This document shows positions 27,031 through 40,170 of a stretch of 64,000 nucleotides of DNA, piece after piece. The stretch spans positions 20,090,001 through 20,154,000 of the forward strand of contig CM052818.1 of NCBI GenBank assembly GCA_028534125.1. The letters are read 5' to 3'. The position numbers and the translations under genes were made by a program. The stretch is from Lama glama. Lineage: Eukaryota. The notes below the pieces were generated by a model that ran no database searches, was not told the DNA's origin, and worked only from the letters and a program-made list of their open reading frames with translations. Within the stretch, counting starts at the first letter, position 1. Every line of letters begins with the position of its first letter.

Positions 27031-29947
27031 GGCAGAGCAGGGTATGGGGCCTGCCTGGGTTTGGGGGCCCAGGCACTTCTGTGACCCAGAGCAAGCCACT
27101 TAGGTGCCTCTAGATCTCAGTGTCCTGTACAATGGTTCCTCTCAAAGTCCCTGTCTCCTGGGCTCTTGGGAGGAATAACTGCTACATACATGTAACATGC
27201 TCAGAATCACCACGCCTGACATACACTGTACACACCTGGGGCTGACGCTGGTGCTGCAGAAGTCAGTAACCAGAGCTTGGGGAGCTCAGACGGTGCCCCG
27301 ACCACAGCAGGGAGAAAGGCAGCCTTATGGAGACTTTCTCAGGGAGATTTTAAGGTCAAACAGAAGTTAGGACAAAGAGGAAGTGAAGGGGTCCCGAGAA
27401 GATGGAGCAGAATCAGGCATGGCGAAGCCTGGGAACGAGGGGCTCAGGGTTAGGAGCATGAGCCTTACCAATTGGGGCTGACCCCAGAACGATGGGTGGG
27501 ATCGTTCCTCCTCAGGTGTCCCAAGGTGCCCTCAGCCATAAGCAGAAGCCTGGTTAGCTAAACCATGGGGCAACCCTTTTGTGGCATTTCTCCTATTTTT
27601 GCATTCCTTGTGCTTTGACAATGAGATGATTGTGTGGATATTACAAGAGGTGATTATCTCCATGGGCACTGAGCCTGCTTCAGCGCAAAGACCTTGTCTT
27701 GCCAGAGCCAAGACTTCTGAGGTCACAGCTAAGTTGCTGAGATTCTGGAGAACTTCCGACAAACCCCAAGGCCACCAGGGGAAATTGCTCTTTGCAGGAT
27801 GGCTTATTTTAAAAGATAAGCTGCACTAAACAGGTGCAGGACAGGGGTAGTTTCAATTCAGGGGCCGTGTGCTAAACACCCACGTGTGTTGAGCTTTGTA
27901 TGCAGGGCCTGGGAGGCAGAGAGAGGCAGCATCTGCCATGAAACCGTAACAGCTCAGAAACGGTGGTCCACATTGCTGGGTTCCGTAAAGCCCTGCACCT
28001 CAGGTCTCTATGGGACTGGGGGTGCACGGTGCAATTCATGCCATCACAGGGGTCGGAGAGCACTGAGCTTGCTGGCCTCGCCACGGTTAAAAGCATGAAG
28101 ATGGAAACTTGGAGGACAAGTTTCACGAAAAGGGAAACAATTAAAATACCACTGATTCTTCTATATGTTACCACAAACCTAGGGCAGCACAAATGTTCTG
28201 GGACCTTGAGCAGAATATGTTCAGAAGATATATATTCTGAGCTGGATGGAAGTCATTCTGTAAATGATTCATCTTGATGTCTACAGATGAACTTCCTGGC
28301 TCTGAGGGAATTAGCTAGGGAAATTAAAATGTGTAACATCCCACGGGAGGCAGGCAGAGGCTACAGAGATAGCCAGTGGTGTTTTATCTTTAAGAAAGTT
28401 TTTTCAAAATAGAAATCTTACTATTTCATTTTAGAAACAGAAATAGAGATGAGTACAGGCCAATGAACAGGCAAGGTCTCTGGGGAAAAAGCTCGTCTTA
28501 GTGGGAGGCCTCCTGGACCCTATTACGTTTTAGCAGCCAGGTTCACTTGAACGTCTTCCTGTTGTGTTCAGGTCTCCCCTTACCACACCCTAGGATAGCC
28601 CACATGCTCCTCTCCTGCCTTGCAAGGACCCAGAGAGGGAAGTAGGAGCATTCTGGAACCCGTGGCCCCAGCCCCTTGTTGCCTAGCACCCAGATGACAA
28701 TCCCCAAACTGGCATCAGTGGCCAACCGTAGATCTCCCCTTCAGACATGCTCTAATCATCCAGGAAGGATTTCTGGAACTGCCCTTATTAAGAAAAAGAA
28801 ATGTAACATGTAACTTGACTTAAAAAATCCAGGAAGCTCTAACACTCTATCAAGTTCTTAAGACGTTTTCTTCCCTCCATAACCCTTGGCCAAGTTCAAA
28901 GGTGAGCACTTTCCCAGAGGCTCACTAGGCATGATGTTTATTTCATACATTTGGAGGTTGCAGAGTTTGATTCCATCTTGCTTATTTGGGAAAAACAACT
29001 TTTTTTTATAAAAGGAAAGGAGGGGAGACGAGGGAAGGAGAGAAGGGTACAACTAGGGAGAGAAGAAAGGTGCTGGAATACTGGCCTGGAAGGCGCCCCG
29101 AGTTCTGGACAGCTTTCACCTCCCATGTTCCCTGAAGGGTATATGGCAAGTCGCAGCACCTTTCACCCTTCTGAACCTCCGTGACCCCATCTGTCCTCCC
29201 TGTCTTCGTGGTGCCCGTGTGAAGGTGTGTTTTCATGGCAAATACGACAGGTACTTGTGCTTTTGCACATAGATAAAGGAAACGCACTGACACACATCAC
29301 TGGGATTTCTGGGTGCTTTACTGTGAAGGAAATTCAGTGGGGATCCCTGTGAGGGTTGCGGTCTGCTCACCTGAAGCCAGGATGTCACGACCTGGCCTAT
29401 CAAGCCAGGCCATCGCTTGGGTGATGAGCAGGAATTCTCAGTGATTGGTTGAGGCCAGGGAGTTCGTGCCTGTGCCTCCTCCGTCCTTTCTATCTCACTT
29501 CCTTCCCCCAGATCTAACTGGCTCTGCCGCCTCCCATGTTTGGTTAGTGAGAGTAGCTGGGGGGGTGCTGGTGAGGGGAATGTAAGAACTTGGTATCTCT
29601 ACGCAGCTCATCTGCCGACCTGACCTGACCTCCACTTATTTTCCAAGGCCCACTCAAGCCCCCGCTCAGCCCTTCCAGGAGGTGTCCCCATTTTCCTGGA
29701 CGGGGTGATCTTCCTGGCTATACTAGTCTTTTGGCACATATCCAACTGCCAAGTATTGTTAAGCTTCTTGTCACTTGTGTAGGCCAAGGTCACTAATGGT
29801 TTAATCTGCACCTTGGGAAACTATGGGATAATTAGGCTACAAGAGGTTGTTGCCAAATTTCCTCAAAACCTAAGTTCAAAAGCTGTTGGAGAGAGAGGAC
29901 CTGCAGTCCCTAAGAGGTGGGGTGGGGAACCTCAGGAGCAGAACCCA

Positions 29948-30660
29948 TTTTTTTTNNNNNNNNNNNNNNNNNNNNNNNNNNNNNNNNNNNNNNNNNNNNN
30001 NNNNNNNNNNNNNNNNNNNNNNNNNNNNNNNNNNNNNNNNNNNNNNNNNNNNNNNNNNNNNNNNNNNNNNNNNNNNNNNNNNNNNNNNNNNNNNNNNNNN
30101 NNNNNNNNNNNNNNNNNNNNNNNNNNNNNNNNNNNNNNNNNNNNNNNNNNNNNNNNNNNNNNNNNNNNNNNNNNNNNNNNNNNNNNNNNNNNNNNNNNNN
30201 NNNNNNNNNNNNNNNNNNNNNNNNNNNNNNNNNNNNNNNNNNNNNNNNNNNNNNNNNNNNNNNNNNNNNNNNNNNNNNNNNNNNNNNNNNNNNNNNNNNN
30301 NNNNNNNNNNNNNNNNNNNNNNNNNNNNNNNNNNNNNNNNNNNNNNNNNNNNNNNNNNNNNNNNNNNNNNNNNNNNNNNNNNNNNNNNNNNNNNNNNNNN
30401 NNNNNNNNNNNNNNNNNNNNNNNNNNNNNNNNNNNNNNNNNNNNNNNNNNNNNNNTTCACTTAGAATGACATTCTCTAGGAGCATCCATGTTGCTGCAAA
30501 TGGCGTTATGTTGTCGGTTTTTATGGCTGAGTAGTATTCCATTGTATAAATATACCACATCTTCTTTATCCAGTCACCTATTGATGGACATTTAGGCTGT
30601 TTCCATGTTTTGGCTATTGTAAATAGTGCTGCTATGAACATTGGAGTGCAGGTGCATCTT
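29948..30660 (-). mobile_element. Young 5'-truncated LINE-1 (ORF2 C-terminus; 3'UTR probably in the gap; poly-A tail)
   Basis: 30456-30641 translates without stops to MFIAALFTIAKTWKQPKCPSIGDWIKKMWYIYTMEYYSAIK...ENVILSE, the L1 ORF2 C-terminus. A T-tract lies at 29948-29955. Confidence 0.92.
29956..30455. other. Assembly gap (500 N)
   Basis: Run of N between a poly-T tract and L1 sequence. Confidence 1.
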
Positions 30661-31419
30661 TGATTAGAAGGTGAGAAGCAATACTAAGCTCTAAGAGGTG
30701 GCTGGAGGGCTTTGCGGGCCATCTCTGTGCGCTGCCCTCCAGAGGAGGTGCTGAGAACACCACCAGAATACCCAGGCTGCTCAAAGCTTGAGGAGGACAG
30801 AGCACTGGGTTTCCCCATGTCCCTCGACAGATGAATTGACACCATGTTCTACTGGAACTATGTTCTACTGGAATGACCATCCAAGAATACATGGGAAACC
30901 AGCGTGAGCCTCTTTATACTTTCAGACCGTATTATTGCTTTAAGCAAGGAGTTTTATAGATCTTATTCCGTCTAAATCCTAAATAAGTAACTCTTGTTTT
31001 TCTACTGTTCAACATTAACTTAAATGTTAATGCAGTGTTCCAAGCGTCAGAAGGCTGGGATTTGGTAACCAAGTCTGAACTCCTGTCTACAGGTTCTATG
31101 CAGTGGATTTACAGTTGCTGTCAAATCTCTTCACTAGCTCTAGTCCTCTCTGAACTCTCTATTTCTATTCTCTTACAGCCATACAACCAAGTTTTTAATT
31201 TCTAATGTTCTATAATTCTCCAGTATTATCCTGAATACTAATGTCCTCTTCTCACTTAAATAATAGCTTCTTATAGGCTGGGAGCACATATTCTACTTCT
31301 TCTCTTTTCTACTATGTTCAGCACAGTACTGGGTGCACAGTAGGCACTTAATATATACTCACTCACAGAATAATAGAACTTTAGGATAAATAAAATATGA
31401 GCATTTATCCAGTCCAGCC

Positions 31420-31700
31420 CAGTCTCTTTAATGTATAGATGAGGAAACTGAGGCCTGGAGGCTGTCAGTCACTAACTCAAGGTCAGCACAGACCTTCCTT
31501 TCTGGTCTTGGTGCTAAAGTCAACTTTATGAGCATTAAAACCTACCCTCTGACATGGTACTATAATTTGACTGCCATTTTGAAGTTGATGAAATAGAGAT
31601 ACAGAGTGTTTAAGTAACTTATCCAAGATGCCTCAGCTAATAAGGATAGAGCCAGGACGTGAATGCAGGCTCCCTGGCTCCAGAGTCTACCCTCCGAACA
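31420..31700 (-). mobile_element. MIR SINE fragments
   Basis: 'agatgaggaaactgaggc' and 'taagtaacttatccaag...cagctaataag...agagccagga'. Confidence 0.65.
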
Positions 31701-34700
31701 CCACTCTACCCATGTCTCCTATCCCGAACCTCTAGAACCACTTGCCCCACTTCCCTATCACGGCATTCACCATCTCCTGCCGTGGCTGTGATCACCTGTC
31801 TTCCCCCTGTCCAGCCCCCATTAGTGGTTCTTATGGGCCGAAACAAAGGTGTCTTATTCTCCTTTAATCTTCTGGGGTTTCCAGCCCAGTGCCCTCCTCA
31901 CAGTGGGTGTTAGCTGAATAAAACTCCATAAAAATAAAGCATGCTAGGCTAGATAAGGCAATTGATTTCTTCCTCCTAAAATGCTGTGCACAACTTTTAA
32001 TACTTGTTTGCCCCGTGGAAGAGATAGCAATCTATTAGGAGTACAAACGCCTTTGCCAAGGCCTCTCTATCCTGGCCAGATGTTGCCCAACTCTTGCACA
32101 ACCATGAAGTCACGTGGGAGGTTCGTCCCCAAGGCAGACGACCCAGCCACTCCTTCCTGAAGCCAATTCATGGTGTTTATTCTCTTATTCTTTCACTCTC
32201 TACAGAAGACTGCATCCTGGACCACATACTTAAGCCTCTCCAAGAAGTCTTATTTCCCTTGACACTAGGTATCTGAAACTAGAAGCCAATGTTGAAAAGC
32301 AGATCTGCTCCTCCCCTCCCCCAGCTTCTCCCAGGAGCTACTGGTGGGAGTCAATCCAGCAATGACTACCGGATTTGAGTGTTTCCCAAACCCACACAGG
32401 AGAGGAAACCGGGCTATCCCCAGGGGCAACTGATGCCCGGAGGGAGCGGCCCCAAGCCCAGTGGTGCAGAGTCATTTCCATTTCACATTGAATGTCATTC
32501 TTTTCTCAAATATTCAAAATAGCATCCATGCTATTCCAAGGCTGCCCCTCATGAAGACTAACTGGGCCCCGTAATTACAGTTTTCTTTGCTGGAAATAAT
32601 CACTACAGCTCAGCTATTTTCTCTCTTCAGGATTGAAGTGGGGTGGAGGTGAGGGGCTTTTATTAACCTCGTACATGGCTGTTTTCTGTTTCTTCTATAT
32701 TTGGTGTCCTTGTTTTAAAACCCAAAGGCCCTAACACAAATTCTGAAAACCACCATGGTCATGGAATTTTAAGCTGTTTACTAAATTTTTCACCCATGCA
32801 GCAGCTATGGAAAACTGTAAATAACACCTTCTGGAAGTGAAGGTGCACATCCCGATGGAGGTTTTCTGGAACAGATGGTTATGGAATTCGTCCTCCAACA
32901 CTTGCCTGATACCACTGGCCCACAGGCCAGAATTCTGCTGGGCAATGGGAAGGTGGACCAGCTACTGTACAATGGCTCTCTACTGATCCAATTCACCTGG
33001 ATTCTTAGGCGAACTGCCGAGAGGTCACCAGCAGAGTGAATCATGTCATCCTTCAGCTGCTTACTGGACACTCTTACACTGAGACTATTAGGGCTTTAAC
33101 CACAAAGGGGGCACACCCTTGGTGCCTCTCCCAGTCCCTCGCCCCAAGCAACACCCACATCAGTGGAATTTTTCTCTATGCTCTGTTTTACATGCTCCTC
33201 TCCCGTCTCCAACAGATGGGGCAAAACAGCGCCCGCCCCGTTCGTAACTGTCTAAAAATAATCAAAGGACATTAATATTCTAATATAATACAACACTTAT
33301 TTTAAAAACCCTTTATCATCTAAGGCTCCAATGTAGAATATTCAGAAGCACCATCCACTGGAGAGCAATGGGTCCAACGGGTTCAAAGGAGCCCTCTTCT
33401 CTGTGTTTTCAGGTAGGGAAGTAGGTTCTTCCCAGGGGCCTGTCCTTAGGGGATTTCTCTGCAACAACTGGAAAGGTCCACTAGACCCTAAGGAATAACT
33501 GGATCTTTTATCTTCTCTCAGTGTTAAAACGAGCTGTAGAACATACCGAAATACTAAACAATCCCTGTGTCAGTGGGGACTTTCCCAATTCAACACTGCA
33601 GCTAAAGTTTCTACCCACACTAGGCAGGACAGAAGTACGGTCCATGCAGACTGTGAGACTGGCTCCAGCCAAATCCGTTTTCAGTGCAGAGCAGGAACAT
33701 TCATGGGTTGTGGATTTCCCTACCCTTAACATTTAACAAAATGGGCTCCAAATGGAGGACTCTGCCTCTCATGCTAAGCCTTTTATAAGGTGCAGTTAGT
33801 TTCCCACTTAAGTAGCTGGATTTAATACGTGGCTTTAAAACTTACTCGCGAAAAATCTTGGCATCCAGAAGCTGCCCAAAGATGACCACTGTTCATTCTA
33901 GGCAGCCCTAGTCTTGCCCACCACAAGGGATCATCACAGCCAAAGTGGGCAGAGATGATGCCAGTCCTTTTCTTGAGCACAGTACCTATGTGCTGTTCCC
34001 AAACCAACGTGGGTTTGTCAAGGCATGCACACCCTTCAGCCAGGACAGGCAACATCATGAAGGAACCTATTTTTTTCTCTAGAGACCCTATGTTCAAGTT
34101 TTTAACCATTAAATAACCTGTACTTACTAATGTATTTCATTTAACCTGCATGGCCCTGGTCATGGCTTTCAACGGCAAGCGAGTTGTCCTTGTGTGCCTG
34201 CATGAGACCGACTTCCAATCCCATAAATGGTTTTATCAAAAACCCATAGAGTATCTTGGAAAGCTTTCTTGTCTCTGGATATATTGTTGAATGAAATATT
34301 CCTTCCTCCTTTTGCCAGTTGGGCTACATAGGAAGTCTCATTAAGAAAGATGAAAAAAAAAGACTATGACTACAAGCATGCTCATACAGAAACACAGGCA
34401 TTAGGAATGTGCAGAGAGAGTGGAGTCTTCTATACAAAGGTAGGGATGCTAAGAAGCATAAAGTCTTTCCTCTTGGAACAATCCAGATGGCAAAACCCAG
34501 GAAGGCCATTCAAGGCAGTACATATAAGTGCTCCCTGTCACTGTGTCCTGGTTTGGCCAGAGACAGCCCTGGACCAGTCTGTTCTCAGGGTTATTTTTCC
34601 CCACCTCCAACATATACCTCCTCTATCAGTGCAGTTTTCAACCCTGGCACAGATGACCTCATCTCCAGTCTTCTCTCAGTCCCATCATGTGCCCAACTCA

Positions 34701-36231
34701 GATCTGAAATGCAGTCACCCATCACGTAAGAACTAAACACCCAGAGACATCTGTCCACTCTCATGTCAGATATAAGGGGTAGATGTATACACACAAGCAT
34801 ATCCTACACGTATGGTTATTAACATCACATTGTTTCTTCTTCCTGAGGTTTAAAAAAACCTGTAGTTGATGAATATTTAAGCACCTGCCACACAGAGGCC
34901 TTGCTAAGTACTAAGTCTAAGTACATATAAAAACAGAATTCATCCTGCCCTTGCTTTTAACAGACAGCAAGTGAGACAAGAGATCTCCCTGTACATACAA
35001 TAGCAACAGACCAAATATTTGTTGGTGGTGGTGAGGAAGGCTAGATATGGTGCAGGCTGGCAGAAACATGACAGAAAGCTAGTGGTGATACTTCAGAAGA
35101 CAAGAGAATCACACCTGGCACGATCAGTTTCCTTTGATCACTCACATACATAGCTCAGAAGACTCCTGACCTTTATAAAACTCTGCTTTGACTTCCATTA
35201 ACTCCTTTTGGAAAACATATAAGCAAGCGTCTAAGGCAATGCCTCATATAGTTCACAATTTGGAAGGAAAAGAATTAGTTATTCCCTTGGTTGATCAGTT
35301 TCATCAGTTTTCTACCAATCTCGCATTTCATAAAAATACAAGGATGATATAAATCTGTGGATGACTTTGGGACTCAAGAGGTGCTATGTAAATTCAAGGT
35401 GTTATCCTGTTCAATCTTACTCTTGCTATCCATTCATTGAAAGATCTCATTGGGTGTGGACACAGTTGCCTCTGGCACCTACTTGATGCTTATCCTTCTT
35501 AACAAGTATTTATTGAGCACTATTTTCTATTCATAACTGAACTTAGTGCCAAATACTGGAATAACTAGTTTTTAGAAATAACATGTAGCAGATATAAATT
35601 AGACAAATTATGGCAGCTTAAAAAAAATCTCCTTGTTAAGATTATCTAGATTTTAAAACTCTTAAGGGTAAGGGCTCCTAGTCCCAGATCCTGCCTTGGC
35701 TGAGTGCTGAAAGAAGACTCTAGTTGAGGACCCACGAGGTCCCTCACAATGAGGGACAGCTATGCTTCCCCTAGCTCCCAGTCCACCAACCACTTCCTAA
35801 GCAGAGCAGATTGGACTCAGGCTAGGGCTCTTTTTAGATGTTAAGGGATTGCTTTTTTGGTAGCGTCTCTATTTTAGGATGCATTCACTGGTACAAAGGT
35901 AACTCATTTCAGCCCCGCCCCGCCATGGGTAGGCGTGGCTATCAGGTGCCGTGTAGGAAGGACTCCAAGGCTACCTCTGAGTTCAGAGGTGCTGCAGTTG
36001 GTTAATACTGCCTGTCCCCAGCAGTGGATGAGATGAGTGACACTCAAGGGACGTGTAACTCCCACTCCTGATATAACAGAAACAGCAGAGGCTTTGGAGT
36101 GAGGGTCTCCAGCTTCATATCTGAGCTTTGGCACTCTGACTGCAGGACCTGAGGCAAATCCCTTTGCCTCTCTACAGCTTAGCTCTTCATCTGTAAATGG
36201 GAGTGACATCGACTCCATAGGGTGGACGTAA

Positions 36232-36425
36232 AGCAGCAGGTCTCGACGTGTGGTCCTGGGGCCAGTAGCATCAGCGTCCCCCGGGGAATGTCTCAGAAAG
36301 GCAAAACCATGGGCCCCACCCCAGACGTCCTGAATAAGAAATCCTGGGGGATGAGGTCCAGCAATCTGAATTTTCATGAGCCCTCCGAGTGGTTCTGATG
36401 CCTGCTAAAAGTTTGGAACCCCCAT
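36232..36425. mobile_element. MER5A hAT MITE, adjacent to a MIR at about 36120-36230
   Basis: 'gtgtggtcc...agcatcagc...gggccccaccccagac...gtccagcaatctg...ttctgatgcctgctaaaagttt'. Confidence 0.8.
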
Positions 36426-36912
36426 GGTGGAATCCCGTATTAAATTATAAGACCTAGAGTACTTATTTCAAGGACAGAAGTCATGACCTTTCATCTGCTA
36501 CTCCCTGACTAGCAAAGTGCCAGGCCTGCCACGGGTGCTCAATAAACTCTAACTTCTTTCCCTTCCTTGTCAAAATATAAGCTGCCAACACAAGAACCTA
36601 TGGGATGGGGAACAGCTGGGGTGTGTATGTTGTTTCAGGTGGAGATATTAGAGAGCGGGGTGGTTCAAAAACCCAAGCAAACCCGTGGCAAGATGTCTGG
36701 AGGGCTTTCTCCCCAGAGAGAGGAAGGAGGATGGGCTCAGGTCTCTGGAGCTGATGACAACAATGATTATTCTCAGGGACGAGGGCTACTGATGCCGACA
36801 CAACACACCAGAGCAGGAAGGATCGCACTGGGTCAGTCCAGCCCACAGCAGGCTTGTCTTAGCTAAACCTCATCCAAAGAGCTGCCGTTACTTCAGTCTC
36901 AAAGCTCTCCAG

Positions 36913-36978
36913 TTTTTGTTTTTTTTTTTTTTTACTTGAAGTTTAAGTGACTTACAATTTTATACTAGCTTCAGGTGT
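36913..36978 (-). mobile_element. Very short L1 3' tail
   Basis: Poly-T followed by 'ttgaagtttaagtgacttacaat...tagcttcaggtgt', resembling laurasiatherian L1 3' ends. Confidence 0.55.
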
Positions 36979-37224
36979 CAAAGGCCTCTGTTTTAAAACC
37001 ACTTCACTTGTTCCACAGCACACACTTCGACAACAGGTCTACTGGGGTGGCTGCCCTGTATGTAATAACCACACAGTGTTTCCTTCCCTCCCACCCTTCA
37101 CTCCCAACAAACACCGCTGCACCTACAGTCACGTTGGCCTCACAGGCATAAACAATGGGGCCATGATTTCCATCCCCACAGGCTATTGTGCATGGGTGGT
37201 GATGCATTTATAAAGACAAATAAA

Positions 37225-37992
37225 CTGAAAATGCAAATCAGAAATGCAAATCTGAACCACAGTGAAATACCACTTCTCATCGCCTAGGATGATTTTTATT
37301 TAACAACAACAACAACAAAAAAAAACCCAGAAAAGATAACAAGGATGTGGAGAAACTGGAATCCTTGTGAACTGCTGGTGGGAACGTAAAATGGTATGGC
37401 AGTTCCTTAAAAAATTAAACATAAAATTACCACATGATGCAGTAATTCCACTTTTAGGTGTATATGCCCAAAAGAATTGAAAGCAGGGACTCAAACAGAT
37501 ATGTGTGTGCCCATGTTCCTAACAGTGTTATTCACAATAGGTAAAGGTGGAAACAAATCAAATGTCCATTTATGGAAGAATAAACTAAATGTGAAATATG
37601 CATACAGTGGAATATTATTCAGCCTTAAAAAGGAATGGAATTCTGACACTTGCAAAACATGAATGAACCCTGAAACCACTATGCTAAGTGAAATAAGCCA
37701 ACACAAACAGACAAATATTGTATGATTCCATTTATATGAGGTACCTGGAATAGTCAACGTCACAGAAAAAATACAATAGTGGTTACTAGGGGCTTGGGGG
37801 AGGGAGGAATGGGAGTTACTGTTTAATGGACATAGACTTTTCAGTTCGGTATGAGGGAGAAGTTCTTGAGACAAACAGTGGTGATGGCTGCACAACAGTG
37901 TGAATGTATTTAGTGCCACTGAACTTAACACTTAAAAATGGTTAAAATGGGAAATTTTATGTTATATATATTTTAACACAATAAAAAAAAAG
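37225..37992 (+). mobile_element. L1MB-like LINE-1 3' fragment
   Basis: Degenerate ORF2 end and 3'UTR ('tgctaagtgaaataagcca...gattccatttatatgaggtacct...cttaaaaatggttaaaatg') ending in AATAAA and poly-A. Confidence 0.9.
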
Positions 37993-39939
37993 TGTAGTTA
38001 ACCAACCTCACTCTGCCACGGCCCAAAGGAAAAAGACACCACAATGCAAACCATCTACATTACTCCTAAACGCTCCCTCACACAAAGCAAATGTCCTGAA
38101 TAAAAAGGACTCCAAAACCTCTGCACACTTGAAAATCCAAACTGATTCTGTCAGCGACACCCCTTCAAGACAAGCAGTGTACTTCGGCTTGCCATGCTCC
38201 TAGTATATCGGATGTGAAAGAAAGACACTCAGCTGAAAATGGAGATTTGGCTGTGGCTCTCCGATGTGTTCACTCAGTAGCTTCAAAATCCCCATCCTTC
38301 TTCCCGTTAATGAAGGTTTGCTTCGACCTTTCCATTAGCCCACAAACTACTATTAAAAAAGCCATTTATCAGATTAGCACTGAGTACTGCGAAAGTCATC
38401 TGCAAGCGGCGTGCACTTTTCCACGTAGGGGTTGCCATGCCAACGGCTGCTCCATGTTCACTGTACAGGAGTATCAACTTCAACAAAGTCCTGTTTCATA
38501 ATTCTGAGGACCAATTCCGTCTTGTTGTCCCTCCCCACTTCCCAAATGTGCACACAGGGCAAAGACCCCACCAAAATAATGTAATGACCAAGAAAGGGAG
38601 CAATTACAAAATCAACTCACTAAATGTCCACACACTGAAAACGGTGTAAAGCAGACAAACACTGTATTATTTCCTCTCTCTCTTATCCCCATCCTAACTC
38701 CTCAAGGATTTGATGTAATAACAGTTTGGCCAGTAGTTCTTGAAAAAGGAGTCCTGGGTGAATAAATTGAAGGAGTAACTATAATTATGCAAATTGTTGT
38801 AATAGACTGTTTGCCTGGAGAGCATACAACTATGAACAAAACAGGGTAAAATATTTGGATTCTGTTGGTGCCAAATTTTGTTGCAAATTTTTATTTTAAA
38901 CAATGCCTGAGAGCTTTCATGTAAACGTGCTTAAACTGACTAGCGAATATCAAGATTTTCGATTTAGAAGAAAAGTCTGAAACAGGGAGCTCTAGCAAAC
39001 AATTTGTCTTGACTCAAAAGTAAACCTAACAAGAAATTTCCAACCTCAAGCAATGAACCCAGCCTCATTAAAAACCCCTGATTAAATCAAAGAAATACCC
39101 ACTCCAGTTCAAAAATGATTCAAAGGAAACAGGCAAATGCTGTACCGATACCTGATCCCCAAATGAACAGGAGTCACCTTTGTGTTGTAGTTTGCTGTAA
39201 AACTAACCACGATCCGCAATGGAGGAGAAAAAGCTCATCACAACCCTTAAAAATATACAGCTTTCAGAGAACGGACAGAAACACTGTAGAGACAGCATCT
39301 ATATCAGCTAAATTTTTTTTGTTTGTTTTTATCTTCTAACTGTAACAAATCTGAACGATACTGTAGATGCATTAAAGTTTTCAATATCATGAATACAATA
39401 TTGCATAAAGAAGGAAGTATGCCTTTTAAAAGATACAGATTGCATCCCCAAATTTCAGGAGGGCAATGATCAATTAAAAATTTTAAATGGAGCTTATTTG
39501 AAATCTTGGGCATAGGAACGACACACCACTGAAGAGAAACACATTTTTCTGGCTAGTGGCTCCTGGCTCAAAGCAGGCACACGGGCCACACTGGGATATG
39601 ATCTTACCCAAAGTGACACCCAGCCCAGCCCTGACAGCGTGCATCACCGCAGCCCCTTCTCTGTAATCACGTGAATTATGCTAAGCCTACAGAAAGGCCT
39701 CCATGAGTACAAAACCTTTTAATTTGTAGTTATTTCTAGGACACCAGAGCTAACACGTTGGACAGGCATACAAGAGATGTTGTCTCCAGGTTTGAGACTA
39801 TCTCTGGACTGGATAAAGCTTCTTTTCTGAACCTGGGCGTGTCGATGAACAGGGGTTGCATTATGATACATCTGTATGTGGAACTTAATACAGCTGTATT
39901 AAGTCTCTGTACTGTGATAGCAAGAGAGGATGCTGACAT

Positions 39940-40170
39940 GTTGCCGTATAAAAATTCATTTTCACAACAGCATACAGTATGATTCTATTCTATAATTCCA
40001 TGCCCATATTTATTATGTAGAAGAAAATATGTTGGCCAAAGTGTTAACAGTGGTTATCTCTGGATGGTGGAATTTTGGGTTTTATTTTTATCTCAATGCC
40101 TTCCTGTACTACGACTTTTTACATGAACTTTCTTATAATCAGAAGAAAACAACTACTTTAAAAATAATTT
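39940..40170 (+). mobile_element. Old L1ME-like 3' fragment
   Basis: 'ccaaagtgttaacagtggttatctctggatggtggaatt' resembles an L1ME 3'UTR. Confidence 0.55.

Noticed and set aside
29813..30534. Long ORFs full of X
   Set aside because: Artefacts of the 500-N gap. Only the L1 ORF2 portion is real.
37491..37931. 146-aa minus-strand ORF
   Set aside because: Antisense to a degenerate L1MB fragment.
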